From UHGV virus genome UHGV-1364420: a stretch of DNA of 59,462 nucleotides; one strand, given 5' to 3'. Positions within the stretch are counted from its first letter, which is position 1; every line of letters begins with the position of its first letter. Positions 27,501 to 36,339 of this stretch are shown here, one piece after another. The position numbers were made by a program, and so were the translations under genes. The notes under the pieces were generated by a model. The model worked only from the letters and a program-made list of their open reading frames with translations, was not told where the DNA came from and ran no database searches. This DNA comes from a virus.

Positions 27501-29504
27501 ATGTTCAAACTTCGTGACTATCAAAATGAAGCGGTTTACAGTGTATTTCGTTACTTCGACAAGCATAAGGCCGCTTCTGGTGACCCTGTGATTGTATTGC
27601 CTACGGGTACAGGTAAAAGTCTGGTTATTGCGGAGTTCTTTCGTTTGCTTCTGACCTGGTTCCCGGGCCAGAAAGCTATGCTACTCACACACGTGAAAGA
27701 GCTTATCGCTCAGAACTATGACAAAATGATAAAGCTGTGGCCCGAAGCCCCGGCTGGTATCTATTCCGCTGGATTAAAGAAAAAATCAATACACGATCAA
27801 ATCATATTTGCGGGTATCCAATCAGTTGCTAAGAAAGCTCATTTATTTGGTAAAGTTGACATTATTATGGTTGACGAATGCCACTTAATTAGCCCTAGCG
27901 AAGCGACTGCCTATAAAAAATTCTTTGCAGCACTTAAAGAAGTAAACCCATACCTCAAAGTGATAGGTTTGACGGCAACTCCTTATCGTTTAGGTTTTGG
28001 TTCCATTGTTCGCCAGGAAGGTGACGAAGAAGCTGGTATTGATGCAATGTTTGACCACATTGTGTTTGATGGTTCTTCGGTGGAATTCTTCAACTGGTTC
28101 ATTCACGAAGGCTATTTAATGCCAGTGGTTCCTAAACGTACATCCTTCCAGCTTGATACAAACGGAGTTAAAAAACGCGGAGGTGACTTCATCGCATCTG
28201 AACTGCAAACAGCAGTCAATAAAGCCGAAGCTAACGAGGCCGCAATTGCTGAAGCAATGGAAGTAGGTCAAGATCGTAAAAGCTGGCTCATCTTCTGTGC
28301 CGGTGTTGAGCACGCTAAAGACGTTGCAGAACTTCTAAATAAAAAGGGGATACCTACGGCGGCAGTTCATAACAAAATATCGGATAAGGAGCGTGACAGG
28401 GCGATTGCAGACTTCAAATCTGGTAAACTCAGAGCTTTAACAAATAACAACGTTCTAACAACAGGTTTCGATCACCCAGGTATCGATCTGATCATTATGT
28501 TGCGCCCTACTCAGTCAACTGTCCTTTGGGTGCAAATGCTGGGGCGAGGCACCCGCCCGGACTACGCGCCAGGGTACGACATTAGCGACCGCGAACAGCG
28601 TTTACTGGCTATAGAGATGAGCACGAAACACGATTGCTTGGTGCTGGACTTCTCCGGTAACAGTAGGCGCCTTGGCCCCATTAATGACCCCGCTGTTCCG
28701 AGACGCCCTGGCGAGAAGGGTTCGGGCCCTGGTATTTATAAAGCATGTGAAGTATGCGGGCTGGATGGTCAATACCCTGCTTGGCGTTTCTGTGGGGGTA
28801 AAGAGCATCTTGACATTACTGGTTATACTTATGGGCAAGTAGCTGATCTGATAAAACAAGGTTATCGTATTTCAGGTCATATGGCTGTAGGCATTGAGGG
28901 AAGTTGCGGCGCTCCGTTTAAGTTCAAAGAAAAACTCAAAGTCGCATCTAGTAGCGAGAAGCTGATAAAAGAAACATTACCTATTATTGAAGACTTTGCA
29001 GTAGAAAATATAGTTTATCAGAAGAACATTAACAGAGGTGATCCAAGCAAGCCGCCTACACTGAAAGTGACTTATCAATGTGGTCACAAGACATTCTCCG
29101 AATATGTATGTTTGATGCACGGGGATTGGGCGGGGCGTAAAGCTTACAAGTGGTGGAAGAATAGAACAAACCTACCATTACCTGCTTCTATTGACGATGC
29201 TTTAGATATAGTCTCGACTCTAAGAGTACCAACGCATATTAAAGTTCACACTAATAGAAAGTATCCGGAAATAATGAAGTGTTGCTATGATGGTTCTGCT
29301 TTCGGTACTTTAGCGCCAATGGAGCAGGATATAGGTATTCAGATCTATAGCGGTAACAATATCGTGTCAGCTACTGCCAACAGTGAGAATATTTACGATC
29401 GTGAAAACCATGAAGTTGTCACTGACTACAATACAAGCGGATATCAAGACCTAACCCCTGCTTCACAAGGGTTTGATGAAGAAGATCTTGATGTTCCTTT
29501 TTAA
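27501..29504 (+). CDS. Superfamily 2 DNA helicase
   Basis: Motif I LPTGTGKS. Motif II MVDECH. GLTATP. Confidence 0.65.
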   Translation: MFKLRDYQNEAVYSVFRYFDKHKAASGDPVIVLPTGTGKSLVIAEFFRLLLTWFPGQKAMLLTHVKELIAQNYDKMIKLWPEAPAGIYSAGLKKKSIHDQIIFAGIQSVAKKAHLFGKVDIIMVDECHLISPSEATAYKKFFAALKEVNPYLKVIGLTATPYRLGFGSIVRQEGDEEAGIDAMFDHIVFDGSSVEFFNWFIHEGYLMPVVPKRTSFQLDTNGVKKRGGDFIASELQTAVNKAEANEAAIAEAMEVGQDRKSWLIFCAGVEHAKDVAELLNKKGIPTAAVHNKISDKERDRAIADFKSGKLRALTNNNVLTTGFDHPGIDLIIMLRPTQSTVLWVQMLGRGTRPDYAPGYDISDREQRLLAIEMSTKHDCLVLDFSGNSRRLGPINDPAVPRRPGEKGSGPGIYKACEVCGLDGQYPAWRFCGGKEHLDITGYTYGQVADLIKQGYRISGHMAVGIEGSCGAPFKFKEKLKVASSSEKLIKETLPIIEDFAVENIVYQKNINRGDPSKPPTLKVTYQCGHKTFSEYVCLMHGDWAGRKAYKWWKNRTNLPLPASIDDALDIVSTLRVPTHIKVHTNRKYPEIMKCCYDGSAFGTLAPMEQDIGIQIYSGNNIVSATANSENIYDRENHEVVTDYNTSGYQDLTPASQGFDEEDLDVPF

Positions 29505-29513
29505 GGTGAAATT

Positions 29514-29993
29514 ATGTTCGTTTTAATTAATCGTGATTCATATGATTTGATAGCGAAGCATCCTAACTGCATGGTTCTTTATAATTTGGGAATCATCAAT
29601 TGCCCGGAAAGTCAGGAAACGATACCTTTTGAAAATGGTATGTTCAAAGATTGGGACGATCATGAAGTAACTATGCTGTTTATTGGTATCACATTGGAAT
29701 CTCCTGATCCTTCATGGTCAAGAGAGCAAGTTGAATATCTTCTTATGTATTACATCAATGAGTGTAAAGAAAATATACTTGATCAGAAAGAAGTATGCGA
29801 TCAGGCTCAATACGCTATTGAATGGGATATTCAGGGATATTGTTCATTCTTAAAAGGAAAACGCGAACCTTCTTTTGATGAAGGATTATGGGATAATTTA
29901 ACCGTTGACTATGATCCGGAAATAGCGGCTACACTATTAGCCACGATGAATCCCATTGTGTTTAAGCCAGCTATACAGCGCCCTTTTGAATAG
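29514..29993 (+). CDS. Hypothetical protein
   Basis: 159 aa ORF. Confidence 0.4.
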   Translation: MFVLINRDSYDLIAKHPNCMVLYNLGIINCPESQETIPFENGMFKDWDDHEVTMLFIGITLESPDPSWSREQVEYLLMYYINECKENILDQKEVCDQAQYAIEWDIQGYCSFLKGKREPSFDEGLWDNLTVDYDPEIAATLLATMNPIVFKPAIQRPFE

Positions 29994-30129
29994 CTCTTAA
30001 AACAGCGGAGATTAAAAGTAACCACAATACCGAAAATAAAGCTTGCACGATCTAAACGGCTCTGTTAAGTTTCGTTCTGTCTTGTGGTATAACCCTCTTA
30101 AACATTAAACAGATCATGTGGAGTGCAAT

Positions 30130-30888
30130 ATGGAAAACGTAGAACTGACCCCTGAACAGAAAAAAGAAAAAGCCGCCCAGGCGAAAAAAGAAGCCGCTGA
30201 AAAAGCGAAACTGGCTAAAGAGCAGAAAGATCAGCAGAAAGCTGATGAAAAAGCTCAAGCCGAAGCGAACAAGCTGGCTGAAGCCAACGAAAAAGTGACC
30301 GCCGAATTCACCACCCTGAAAGGTCACACCGATAACGGTACCGCTTCTCTGGCATCGTTGACCGAAGAAAGCACCGTCGATCAGGTTAACACTGCGGGCG
30401 AAAACGCCGGCGCTTCTCTGAAAGCTGCTCGCGAATCGCTGAAGCTGATCAAAGCGACCGTTAAAAAACTGAAAGAGCCGGGTGAGTTGGCTGCTGCTGT
30501 AACTTCGGCTGAAGGCCTGGTCTCCTCTCTGGACGAAGCGCTGAAAGGCGTCAAAGGTAAAGTGGCCGCTGCCAAAAAAGCAGCGAAAGAAGCTGAAAAA
30601 GCTGAAGCGAAGCGCCTGAAAGACGAAGCGAAAGCTGCCAATGCAATGCCGAACCAGAACGGTATCACTCGTCCGCGTCCGGATACCGCTTGCGGTAATG
30701 CCTGGGCACTGATGGACGAACTGTCCGCCAAGCTGAGCCAACCGGCGCCAATCAGTATCGTCCTCCAGGGCGCTGAGCAACGTGGTCTGAACTACGACAC
30801 CGTTAAGACTCAGTATGCGCGCTGGAAGAAGTTCAACGGCATCGAAGGTCGCGTCGCTATTCCTCTGCCGCAGGGTCTGCTTGACTAA
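30130..30888 (+). CDS. Lys/Ala/Glu-rich coiled-coil protein with a globular C-terminal domain; unknown function; codon usage typical of highly expressed host genes
   Basis: Start at ATG 30130 after GGAG. Strong bias to CTG, GAA, AAA, GCT, CCG and CGT codons. Has its own promoter-like element and a strong terminator. Confidence 0.5.
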   Translation: MENVELTPEQKKEKAAQAKKEAAEKAKLAKEQKDQQKADEKAQAEANKLAEANEKVTAEFTTLKGHTDNGTASLASLTEESTVDQVNTAGENAGASLKAARESLKLIKATVKKLKEPGELAAAVTSAEGLVSSLDEALKGVKGKVAAAKKAAKEAEKAEAKRLKDEAKAANAMPNQNGITRPRPDTACGNAWALMDELSAKLSQPAPISIVLQGAEQRGLNYDTVKTQYARWKKFNGIEGRVAIPLPQGLLD

Positions 30889-30912
30889 TTAAGCATTTAG
30901 CGAGTAAACTTA

Positions 30913-30937
30913 AAAGCGTCCTAATTGGACGCTTTTT
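30913..30937 (+). terminator. Rho-independent terminator
   Basis: AAAGCGTCC-TAATT-GGACGCTTT followed by TT. Confidence 0.65.
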
Positions 30938-30941
30938 AATT

Positions 30942-31031
30942 GGTATAGTAAGACACTCTAGTTAATAATCAATAACCCCTTTTGGATTAGAGGCTACGAG
31001 TAGGTGTTGAACTCTAGAGTGTCTCACTATA
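30942..31031 (+). repeat. 20-bp near-perfect inverted repeat flanking a loop of about 50 nt, immediately 5' of the tRNA
   Basis: ggtatagtaagacactctag ... ctagagtgtctcactatacc. Confidence 0.6.
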
Positions 31032-31033
31032 CC

Positions 31034-31122
31034 GGATAGTTGGCTGAGTTGGTCTAAGGCACCTGGTTGCTAACCAGACGAGTCGCAAGGCTCCATCCGT
31101 TCGAATCGGATACTATCCGCCA
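31034..31122 (+). tRNA. tRNA-Ser (anticodon GCU), type II with a long variable arm
   Basis: Folded by hand. 7-bp acceptor stem GGATAGT/ACTATCC. Discriminator G, then CCA. Anticodon stem of 4 bp plus a C-A mismatch, with loop TTGCTAA. Variable arm of about 16 nt with stem GAGTC/GGCTC. T-arm ATCCG-TTCGAAT-CGGAT. Confidence 0.7.
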
Positions 31123-31167
31123 CATCTACAATCTGGCAAACTCGCCTAGGAAACAGGGATAAAAACC

Positions 31168-31869
31168 ATGAAGCTGAATTCTCAGACCCCAGAAAAGAAA
31201 GATTATCAATCTACTCTTGAAGTACATTCCATTTTCAGCACTATTCAAGGCGAAGGTCCTTTCTGCGGTCGTCCTGCTGTATTTGTCCGCTTAGCTGGCT
31301 GCAATCTTCAGTGTCCTGGCTGTGATACTGAGTATACCGACAACCGTCAACGTATGCGATACGAAGCGATTCTTTTTAGTATCAAGCATCGCTTGGCTGT
31401 CACAGACAGTAATGCAAATCTAATCGTAATTTCCGGTGGCGAACCTTTCCGCCAGAACATCGCCCCTTTCTGCGACTTCCTTATCGAAAACGATTTCGAT
31501 GTTCAAATTGAAACCAACGGCTCTATGCAAATACCAATGGAGCTCTCTCAGTTGGTTACGGTTGTGTGTTCCCCTAAAACCGCTAAATTGCATCCGAGCG
31601 CCCTGCACCGTGCCAACGCCTTTAAGTATGTAATGAAGGCCGGGAACATGCGGGAGGAGGACGGTTTACCCCTGCAAGCTTTAGATCATCGTGCCACCCC
31701 TTATATTGCGAGACCTCATAAGTCATTCCGTGGTAAGATATATTTACAGCCGATGGACGAGAAAAACGTATTTCAGAACTTTAAAAATACTCAAGCGGTC
31801 CTGGCTAGTGCAATGAAGCATAACTATACAGTTCAACTTCAGATTCATAAGCTATTAAATGTGGAGTAG
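31168..31869 (+). CDS. queE: 7-carboxy-7-deazaguanine synthase QueE (radical SAM)
   Basis: GCNLQCPGCDTEY radical-SAM cluster motif, matching QueE GCNLRCSYCDTPY. Confidence 0.8.
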   Translation: MKLNSQTPEKKDYQSTLEVHSIFSTIQGEGPFCGRPAVFVRLAGCNLQCPGCDTEYTDNRQRMRYEAILFSIKHRLAVTDSNANLIVISGGEPFRQNIAPFCDFLIENDFDVQIETNGSMQIPMELSQLVTVVCSPKTAKLHPSALHRANAFKYVMKAGNMREEDGLPLQALDHRATPYIARPHKSFRGKIYLQPMDEKNVFQNFKNTQAVLASAMKHNYTVQLQIHKLLNVE

Positions 31870-31871
31870 TT

Positions 31872-32132
31872 ATGAGCGAAAAGTACATGTTTGAAAACCG
31901 CCCTATTGGCGGCATGACCTGGAACGAACTTCAGGAAGCAAGTTGTCACGGTGCATTGGTTTGCACCAAAGAAAGTGATGTTGAAAAAGCCGGTCCTGTT
32001 TACAAGCTCCGTGACCCTTGTAGCGAAGAAGTATGCTATGTGTTCACTGATGAAGCTGAACAGTTTAGCAATCCGTACCGCACCGCTGATGAAGCTGCGG
32101 AAATGAGTCGCAAATATGCGGACGAATTATGA
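31872..32132 (+). CDS. Hypothetical protein
   Basis: 86 aa ORF inside the deazaguanine cluster. Confidence 0.35.
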   Translation: MSEKYMFENRPIGGMTWNELQEASCHGALVCTKESDVEKAGPVYKLRDPCSEEVCYVFTDEAEQFSNPYRTADEAAEMSRKYADEL

Positions 32133-32326
32133 CACCACAAGAAGCCAAAGAACATGCTAAGAAAATCAAAGATGCTGTAGCAGATTTGAACTTAGCAATC
32201 CGGGAAGGTCACAACGAAGGCGTTTATGTCCAACTTGTGATCAGACAAGTTCAACAAATCGGCTGTCAGTATTACGATATTGTTGAATTAGAAAACATTA
32301 GTGCCAACATTGATATTCTGGAGTGA
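32129..32326 (+). CDS. Hypothetical protein
   Basis: 65 aa ORF. ATGA overlaps on both sides. Confidence 0.3.
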   Translation: MTPQEAKEHAKKIKDAVADLNLAIREGHNEGVYVQLVIRQVQQIGCQYYDIVELENISANIDILE

Positions 32327-33063
32327 TCATGAAAGTATCTGCATTCAAAGTGAACGAAGTTGTTGAATTTGTGAAGGGTAACTCCGCCGTTGTTGTCCTG
32401 TCTGGCGGCCAGGACTCCGTGACCTGCTTAGGGCTTGCTCTTCGCAACTTTAAAACTGTACACGCTGTGGGGTTCGTATATGGGCAGAAGCACGAAGTTG
32501 AAATCCACTGCGCCAAGCGTATCTGTGAAGAACACGGCGTACCGTTTACCGTCTTTTCAATCCCCGCCCTGCAATCTATCGGGAACAGTGCGCTCATTCG
32601 CGGAACTGAACAAGGCGATGTCAGTGCTAAACATGCCCAAAACGCTAACCTTCCGGCTTCCTTTGTGCCGAATCGTAACGCCCTCTTTTTAACCACGGCC
32701 CATGCTTATGCGCAAAAAGTCGAAGCGGATAGCCTCATTACTGGTGTTTGTGAAACTGACTATAGCGGTTATCCAGATTGCCGTGACGAATTCATTCGTT
32801 CACTTGAAGAAACCCTAAACCTCGGTTATCAAACTAACATTAAAATCCATACGCCATTAATGTGGTTAAATAAAGCTGAAACTTTTGCGCTAGCCAAAGC
32901 AGTTGACTTCTTGACGGTAGTTCTTGAAGATAGTCACACCTGCTATAATGGTGACCACAATACTAGCTTCGTATGGGGCTATGGCTGCGGCGAGTGCCCG
33001 GCTTGTAAACTCCGCGCAAACGGTTTTGAAGCTTTCATTCAAGCCAACCCTTTTAACTTCTAA
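32323..33063 (+). CDS. queC: 7-cyano-7-deazaguanine synthase QueC
   Basis: PP-loop SGGQDS. C-terminal zinc site CYNG ... CGECPACKLR. Confidence 0.85.
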   Translation: MIMKVSAFKVNEVVEFVKGNSAVVVLSGGQDSVTCLGLALRNFKTVHAVGFVYGQKHEVEIHCAKRICEEHGVPFTVFSIPALQSIGNSALIRGTEQGDVSAKHAQNANLPASFVPNRNALFLTTAHAYAQKVEADSLITGVCETDYSGYPDCRDEFIRSLEETLNLGYQTNIKIHTPLMWLNKAETFALAKAVDFLTVVLEDSHTCYNGDHNTSFVWGYGCGECPACKLRANGFEAFIQANPFNF

Positions 33064-33097
33064 TCGTCCCGGCGCAAGGATGCGCCTCGGAGAAATT

Positions 33098-33706
33098 ATG
33101 AATACTAAAATTTCATCACCTGAAATTACGTTAAGCGAAGTTTATCCATCTCTTCGCGGTGATATTCAAGAAGGTGGTTGGGTAACTCTTCATAATAAAA
33201 GCTTTGCGGGTCAGAGAACTTCATTGGACGCATTAAGCCATTTACATATAGAGGGTTTTAATTTCGATATTGAAACCAATGACGGTAAATTGCTTCAAGA
33301 CGTTAATCTTAACGATGCTCACGTTAAATTAGAGTATAACGTCGCGCCCGCTGTTGAAACTTTTCCTGCAAACGGAATAAATTGTTGGCGTTTATCAAGT
33401 AGACGTCGGATATTTCCTAATCCGACTTTTGCCAACAAAGGATACTTTGAAGGTACTGTCTGTGCGCAAGGTCCGATCATGCACTACGCTAACGACAAGT
33501 ACAAGCGTGAAATCAAGCCCGGCGTTTTTGTTGATGTTTACGACGTGATTGATTGTTTTGAAGTAACCTCTGGCGCCTTGCAACATGCCATTAAGAAGCT
33601 TCTGGCTGCTGGAAAGCGCGGACACAAAGACTACGAGCAGGACTTGATTGATATCCTGTCCTCTGTTGAGCGTGCTTTATTCCAATATCAGGAAAAGACA
33701 AAATGA
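33098..33706 (+). CDS. Hypothetical protein inside the deazaguanine cluster
   Basis: Start at ATG 33098 after GGAG. 202 aa. No motif recognised. Confidence 0.4.
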   Translation: MNTKISSPEITLSEVYPSLRGDIQEGGWVTLHNKSFAGQRTSLDALSHLHIEGFNFDIETNDGKLLQDVNLNDAHVKLEYNVAPAVETFPANGINCWRLSSRRRIFPNPTFANKGYFEGTVCAQGPIMHYANDKYKREIKPGVFVDVYDVIDCFEVTSGALQHAIKKLLAAGKRGHKDYEQDLIDILSSVERALFQYQEKTK

Positions 33707-33966
33707 AATTTCGTAAAAAACCAGTTGAGATTGAGGCTTTTCAGTTTCAACCCTTTCTTGACTACTCAAATGGAACTTTGCCAGGGTGGTTTGCTAGCGC
33801 CGTGATAGAGGGTATTGCCATTGACAATGGTGATCATTTAATCATAAAAACTCTAGAAGGTGATCATCGAGCGGATAGCGGTGATTATATTATCCGGGGT
33901 GTAAAAGGTGAACTTTATCCTTGCAAACCTGATATTTTTGAACTTACTTACGATAAGGTGAACTAA
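33703..33966 (+). CDS. Hypothetical protein
   Basis: 87 aa. ATGA overlap. Confidence 0.35.
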   Translation: MKFRKKPVEIEAFQFQPFLDYSNGTLPGWFASAVIEGIAIDNGDHLIIKTLEGDHRADSGDYIIRGVKGELYPCKPDIFELTYDKVN

Positions 33967-34452
33967 ATGAAATTCATCATCGCATATCTGTTAATGGTTG
34001 TTTTCGTAAACCTCGGCTTTAGTTACCTGCCGATTGTAACCACTCCGCTGGGCCCGGTTCCGCTTATGGCGTTCTTCGTGGGCTGTGTGTTCGTCCTGCG
34101 CGATTACGCCCAGCGTAGCGCTGGCCATAACGTCCTGTGGGCTATAGCGCTAGCGTGTTTAATTAGCTGGTGGTTGGGCGATCCCGTTGTGGTAGTGGCA
34201 TCTGTAACTTCTTTTGCTGTTAGTGAGTTACTGGACTATACTATCTTTACGATCACGAAAAAGCCTTTCCATCAGCGGGTGGTAATAAGCTCATTCATAG
34301 CCGTTCCTGTTGATTCATTCATATTCCTGCATATGATTGGATTCGCTTCGTGGGGGTCGATCATTGCAATGAGCCTTTCCAAATTCGCAGCATCGGCTGT
34401 ATTATATGTCATCTATGAAGGCCGTAAACGAAACGGCTTAACAGTCGCCTAA
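33967..34452 (+). CDS. YhhQ/COG1738-like membrane protein; putative 7-deazaguanine precursor transporter
   Basis: Polytopic membrane protein. VLRDYAQRSAGHN and SELLDYTIFTITKK resemble the YhhQ blocks TDLTVRIFGAPLAR and GQILDVHVFNRLRQ. Confidence 0.45.
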   Translation: MKFIIAYLLMVVFVNLGFSYLPIVTTPLGPVPLMAFFVGCVFVLRDYAQRSAGHNVLWAIALACLISWWLGDPVVVVASVTSFAVSELLDYTIFTITKKPFHQRVVISSFIAVPVDSFIFLHMIGFASWGSIIAMSLSKFAASAVLYVIYEGRKRNGLTVA

Positions 34453-34494
34453 TAATGGGCTAGCCATGGAAGGCTTTAACTGAGGTGAATAAGA

Positions 34495-34689
34495 TTGAGC
34501 ACAAATCACTATATTGTATGTAAGTCCTGTAAAAAGTGCATGGATATTGCTCAAGGTTATCCCGATGAAGTCCGTCCAACTTCGTCTTCAAATGATATTG
34601 TTAGCTTTCTTGACAAACATAGAGGTCATGAATTAATGTTTGTAAGCGAGAACAATGAAGACATTTTACCAGAATGCGAGGAAGTTTAA
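34495..34689 (+). CDS. Small Cys-rich protein (probable TTG start)
   Basis: 64 aa. CKSCKKC plus a His pair. GAGGTG RBS. Confidence 0.3.
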   Translation: MSTNHYIVCKSCKKCMDIAQGYPDEVRPTSSSNDIVSFLDKHRGHELMFVSENNEDILPECEEV

Positions 34690-35205
34690 ATGTCATACTC
34701 TGTAATTCGTACTCACGAAATTTGCGCTGGACACCGGGTAGTAGGTCACGAAAGCAAATGTCGTCACCTGCATGGTCACAATTACAAATTTCATTTTAAA
34801 GTTGCACCGAAGCCGCTTGACAGTGAAAGCGTTAAAGGTGACCCGCTGGACCAGGTTGGTCGCGTTATCGACTTCAGTGTTGTTAAGTCTACTCTCTGCG
34901 AGTGGCTGGAAACCAATTGGGATCATAAATTCCTGCATTGGGAACACGATAAGCTGATCGAAGGCCTGGTTCGTTTAGTTCACGATGAAGAAAACTTACC
35001 AGCCGATCAGCGTTGTGTTCAGGATAAAGACGAAACTCATTTCCTGAACTCTTTGGTAGAACTGCCGTTCAACCCTACGGCGGAAAACCTGGCCGCTCAT
35101 ATGGTCAACGTCATTGGGCCTGAGCTGCTCGACCCTTACGGCGTTGAATTAGTAGAATGCCGCATTGAAGAAACCTCAAAATGTCACGTGGAGTACACCA
35201 AATAA
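34690..35205 (+). CDS. queD: 6-carboxy-5,6,7,8-tetrahydropterin synthase QueD
   Basis: CAGHRVVGHESKCRHLHGHNY contains the QueD Cys and HGH zinc motif. Confidence 0.8.
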   Translation: MSYSVIRTHEICAGHRVVGHESKCRHLHGHNYKFHFKVAPKPLDSESVKGDPLDQVGRVIDFSVVKSTLCEWLETNWDHKFLHWEHDKLIEGLVRLVHDEENLPADQRCVQDKDETHFLNSLVELPFNPTAENLAAHMVNVIGPELLDPYGVELVECRIEETSKCHVEYTK

Positions 35206-35855
35206 TGGAACAGTTAAAATTCGAATCGGTTGAAACCTACAGCGACACGAAGATCGACGACCCGCGCAACGTTAGCGAAATTAAAACACTGATCGTGAAT
35301 GTGCTGCGCGTTATTGAGCGTCCTGACGATCTTCTGCGCGAAGGTCTGCGTGAAACACCTACCCGCGTAGCGAAAGCCTACGCTACCTGGTTCGGCGGAT
35401 ACGATGTTGACATCGCTAGCTTGTTCAAAGTTTTTGAAGATGGTGCGGAAGGTTCGAATGAAATGGTTATCGTTCGTGATATTCCTGTCTATAGCCATTG
35501 TGAGCATCATATGGCCCCTATCATTGGTCGCGCTGTGGTCGGCTATGTCCCCAATGGAAAAATCGTTGGGCTTAGCAAGTTATCTCGTGTGGTTGATGCT
35601 TTTTCCCGGCGCCTACAAGTACAGGAACGGCTGACTAACCAAATCGCGGACGCTATCCAGGAACACCTGCAACCGCTGGCTGTTTGCGTTTATATTGACG
35701 CCAAGCATATGTGCATGGAATCGCGGGGCGTTAAACAGGTATGTGGCTCAAGCACAATTACAAAGGCTTTCCGCGGAGCTACCGATCTAAACTCCGTTGA
35801 ATATATTGCTGAAGGCGGGTTTTGGCGGCGCGAGTTCCTTGAAGCCTGTAAATGA
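35205..35855 (+). CDS. folE: GTP cyclohydrolase I FolE
   Basis: VYSHCEHHMAPI ... GYVPNGKIVGLSKLSRVVDAFSRRLQVQERLTNQIADAIQ is nearly colinear with the E. coli FolE active-site region. TAATG coupling with queD. Confidence 0.9.
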   Translation: MEQLKFESVETYSDTKIDDPRNVSEIKTLIVNVLRVIERPDDLLREGLRETPTRVAKAYATWFGGYDVDIASLFKVFEDGAEGSNEMVIVRDIPVYSHCEHHMAPIIGRAVVGYVPNGKIVGLSKLSRVVDAFSRRLQVQERLTNQIADAIQEHLQPLAVCVYIDAKHMCMESRGVKQVCGSSTITKAFRGATDLNSVEYIAEGGFWRREFLEACK

Positions 35856-35877
35856 TTAAAAACGTAGTATATAATTA

Positions 35878-35899
35878 GGCCCAGAGATGGGCCTTTTTT
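35878..35899 (+). terminator. Rho-independent terminator
   Basis: GGCCCA-GAGA-TGGGCC followed by TTTTTT. Confidence 0.6.
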
Positions 35900-35911
35900 A
35901 TTGGAGATAAT

Positions 35912-36145
35912 ATGAAAAAGATTATTTGGCGTGCGGGTCAATTTAAATACCGTGACGCAACCTTCGCGTATGTTAATCAAATCAAAGTGGCTGTAGTTAC
36001 TACATTGCATGATGGTAGTAAATGCGACGCGCGTCTTTTGCTGCCGGGTATGCCAAAAAGCACCAACTCATTTTCAACTATCGACAGTGCTAAACGTGCT
36101 TTAGAAAAACGTATCAATGATTGGTTTGAATTGGTGACACAATGA
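35912..36145 (+). CDS. Hypothetical protein
   Basis: 77 aa ORF. Confidence 0.35.
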   Translation: MKKIIWRAGQFKYRDATFAYVNQIKVAVVTTLHDGSKCDARLLLPGMPKSTNSFSTIDSAKRALEKRINDWFELVTQ

Positions 36146-36339
36146 CCAGAAAACAAAAGTTAGAACAAATCTTTTATGAATTGAAAGCGGCCACGCAAGA
36201 CGCTGCTTCTTGCGTTCAAAACGATGCGCCTAACCATATCTTAATTGATCAGTTAGTGCAATCTCAGTCGACAGTGTCTAACGCTTTTAATAAAGCTTGG
36301 CGCGATTTGATTAACTTAGGACTGGAAGATGAGGTATAA
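36142..36339 (+). CDS. Hypothetical protein
   Basis: 65 aa ORF. ATGA overlap. Confidence 0.3.
   Translation: MTRKQKLEQIFYELKAATQDAASCVQNDAPNHILIDQLVQSQSTVSNAFNKAWRDLINLGLEDEV

Noticed and set aside
30052-30780. 242-aa and 116-aa minus-strand ORFs antisense to the Lys/Ala/Glu-rich gene
   Set aside because: They mirror the biased codon composition of the sense gene (Phe, Ser and Arg-rich low complexity). They are not in the plus-strand transcription block.
30130-30888. Similarity of the Lys/Ala/Glu-rich protein to H-NS/StpA or TolA
   Set aside because: The C-terminal domain lacks the H-NS TWTGQGRTP DNA-binding core. There is no TM segment or TolA domain III signature. The resemblance is only compositional.
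30942-31031. Possibility that the long inverted repeat upstream of tRNA-Ser is a second tRNA or a CRISPR-like repeat
   Set aside because: It has no cloverleaf (no T-loop or anticodon arm), and only a single palindromic copy is present. No repeat-spacer array occurs anywhere in the window.
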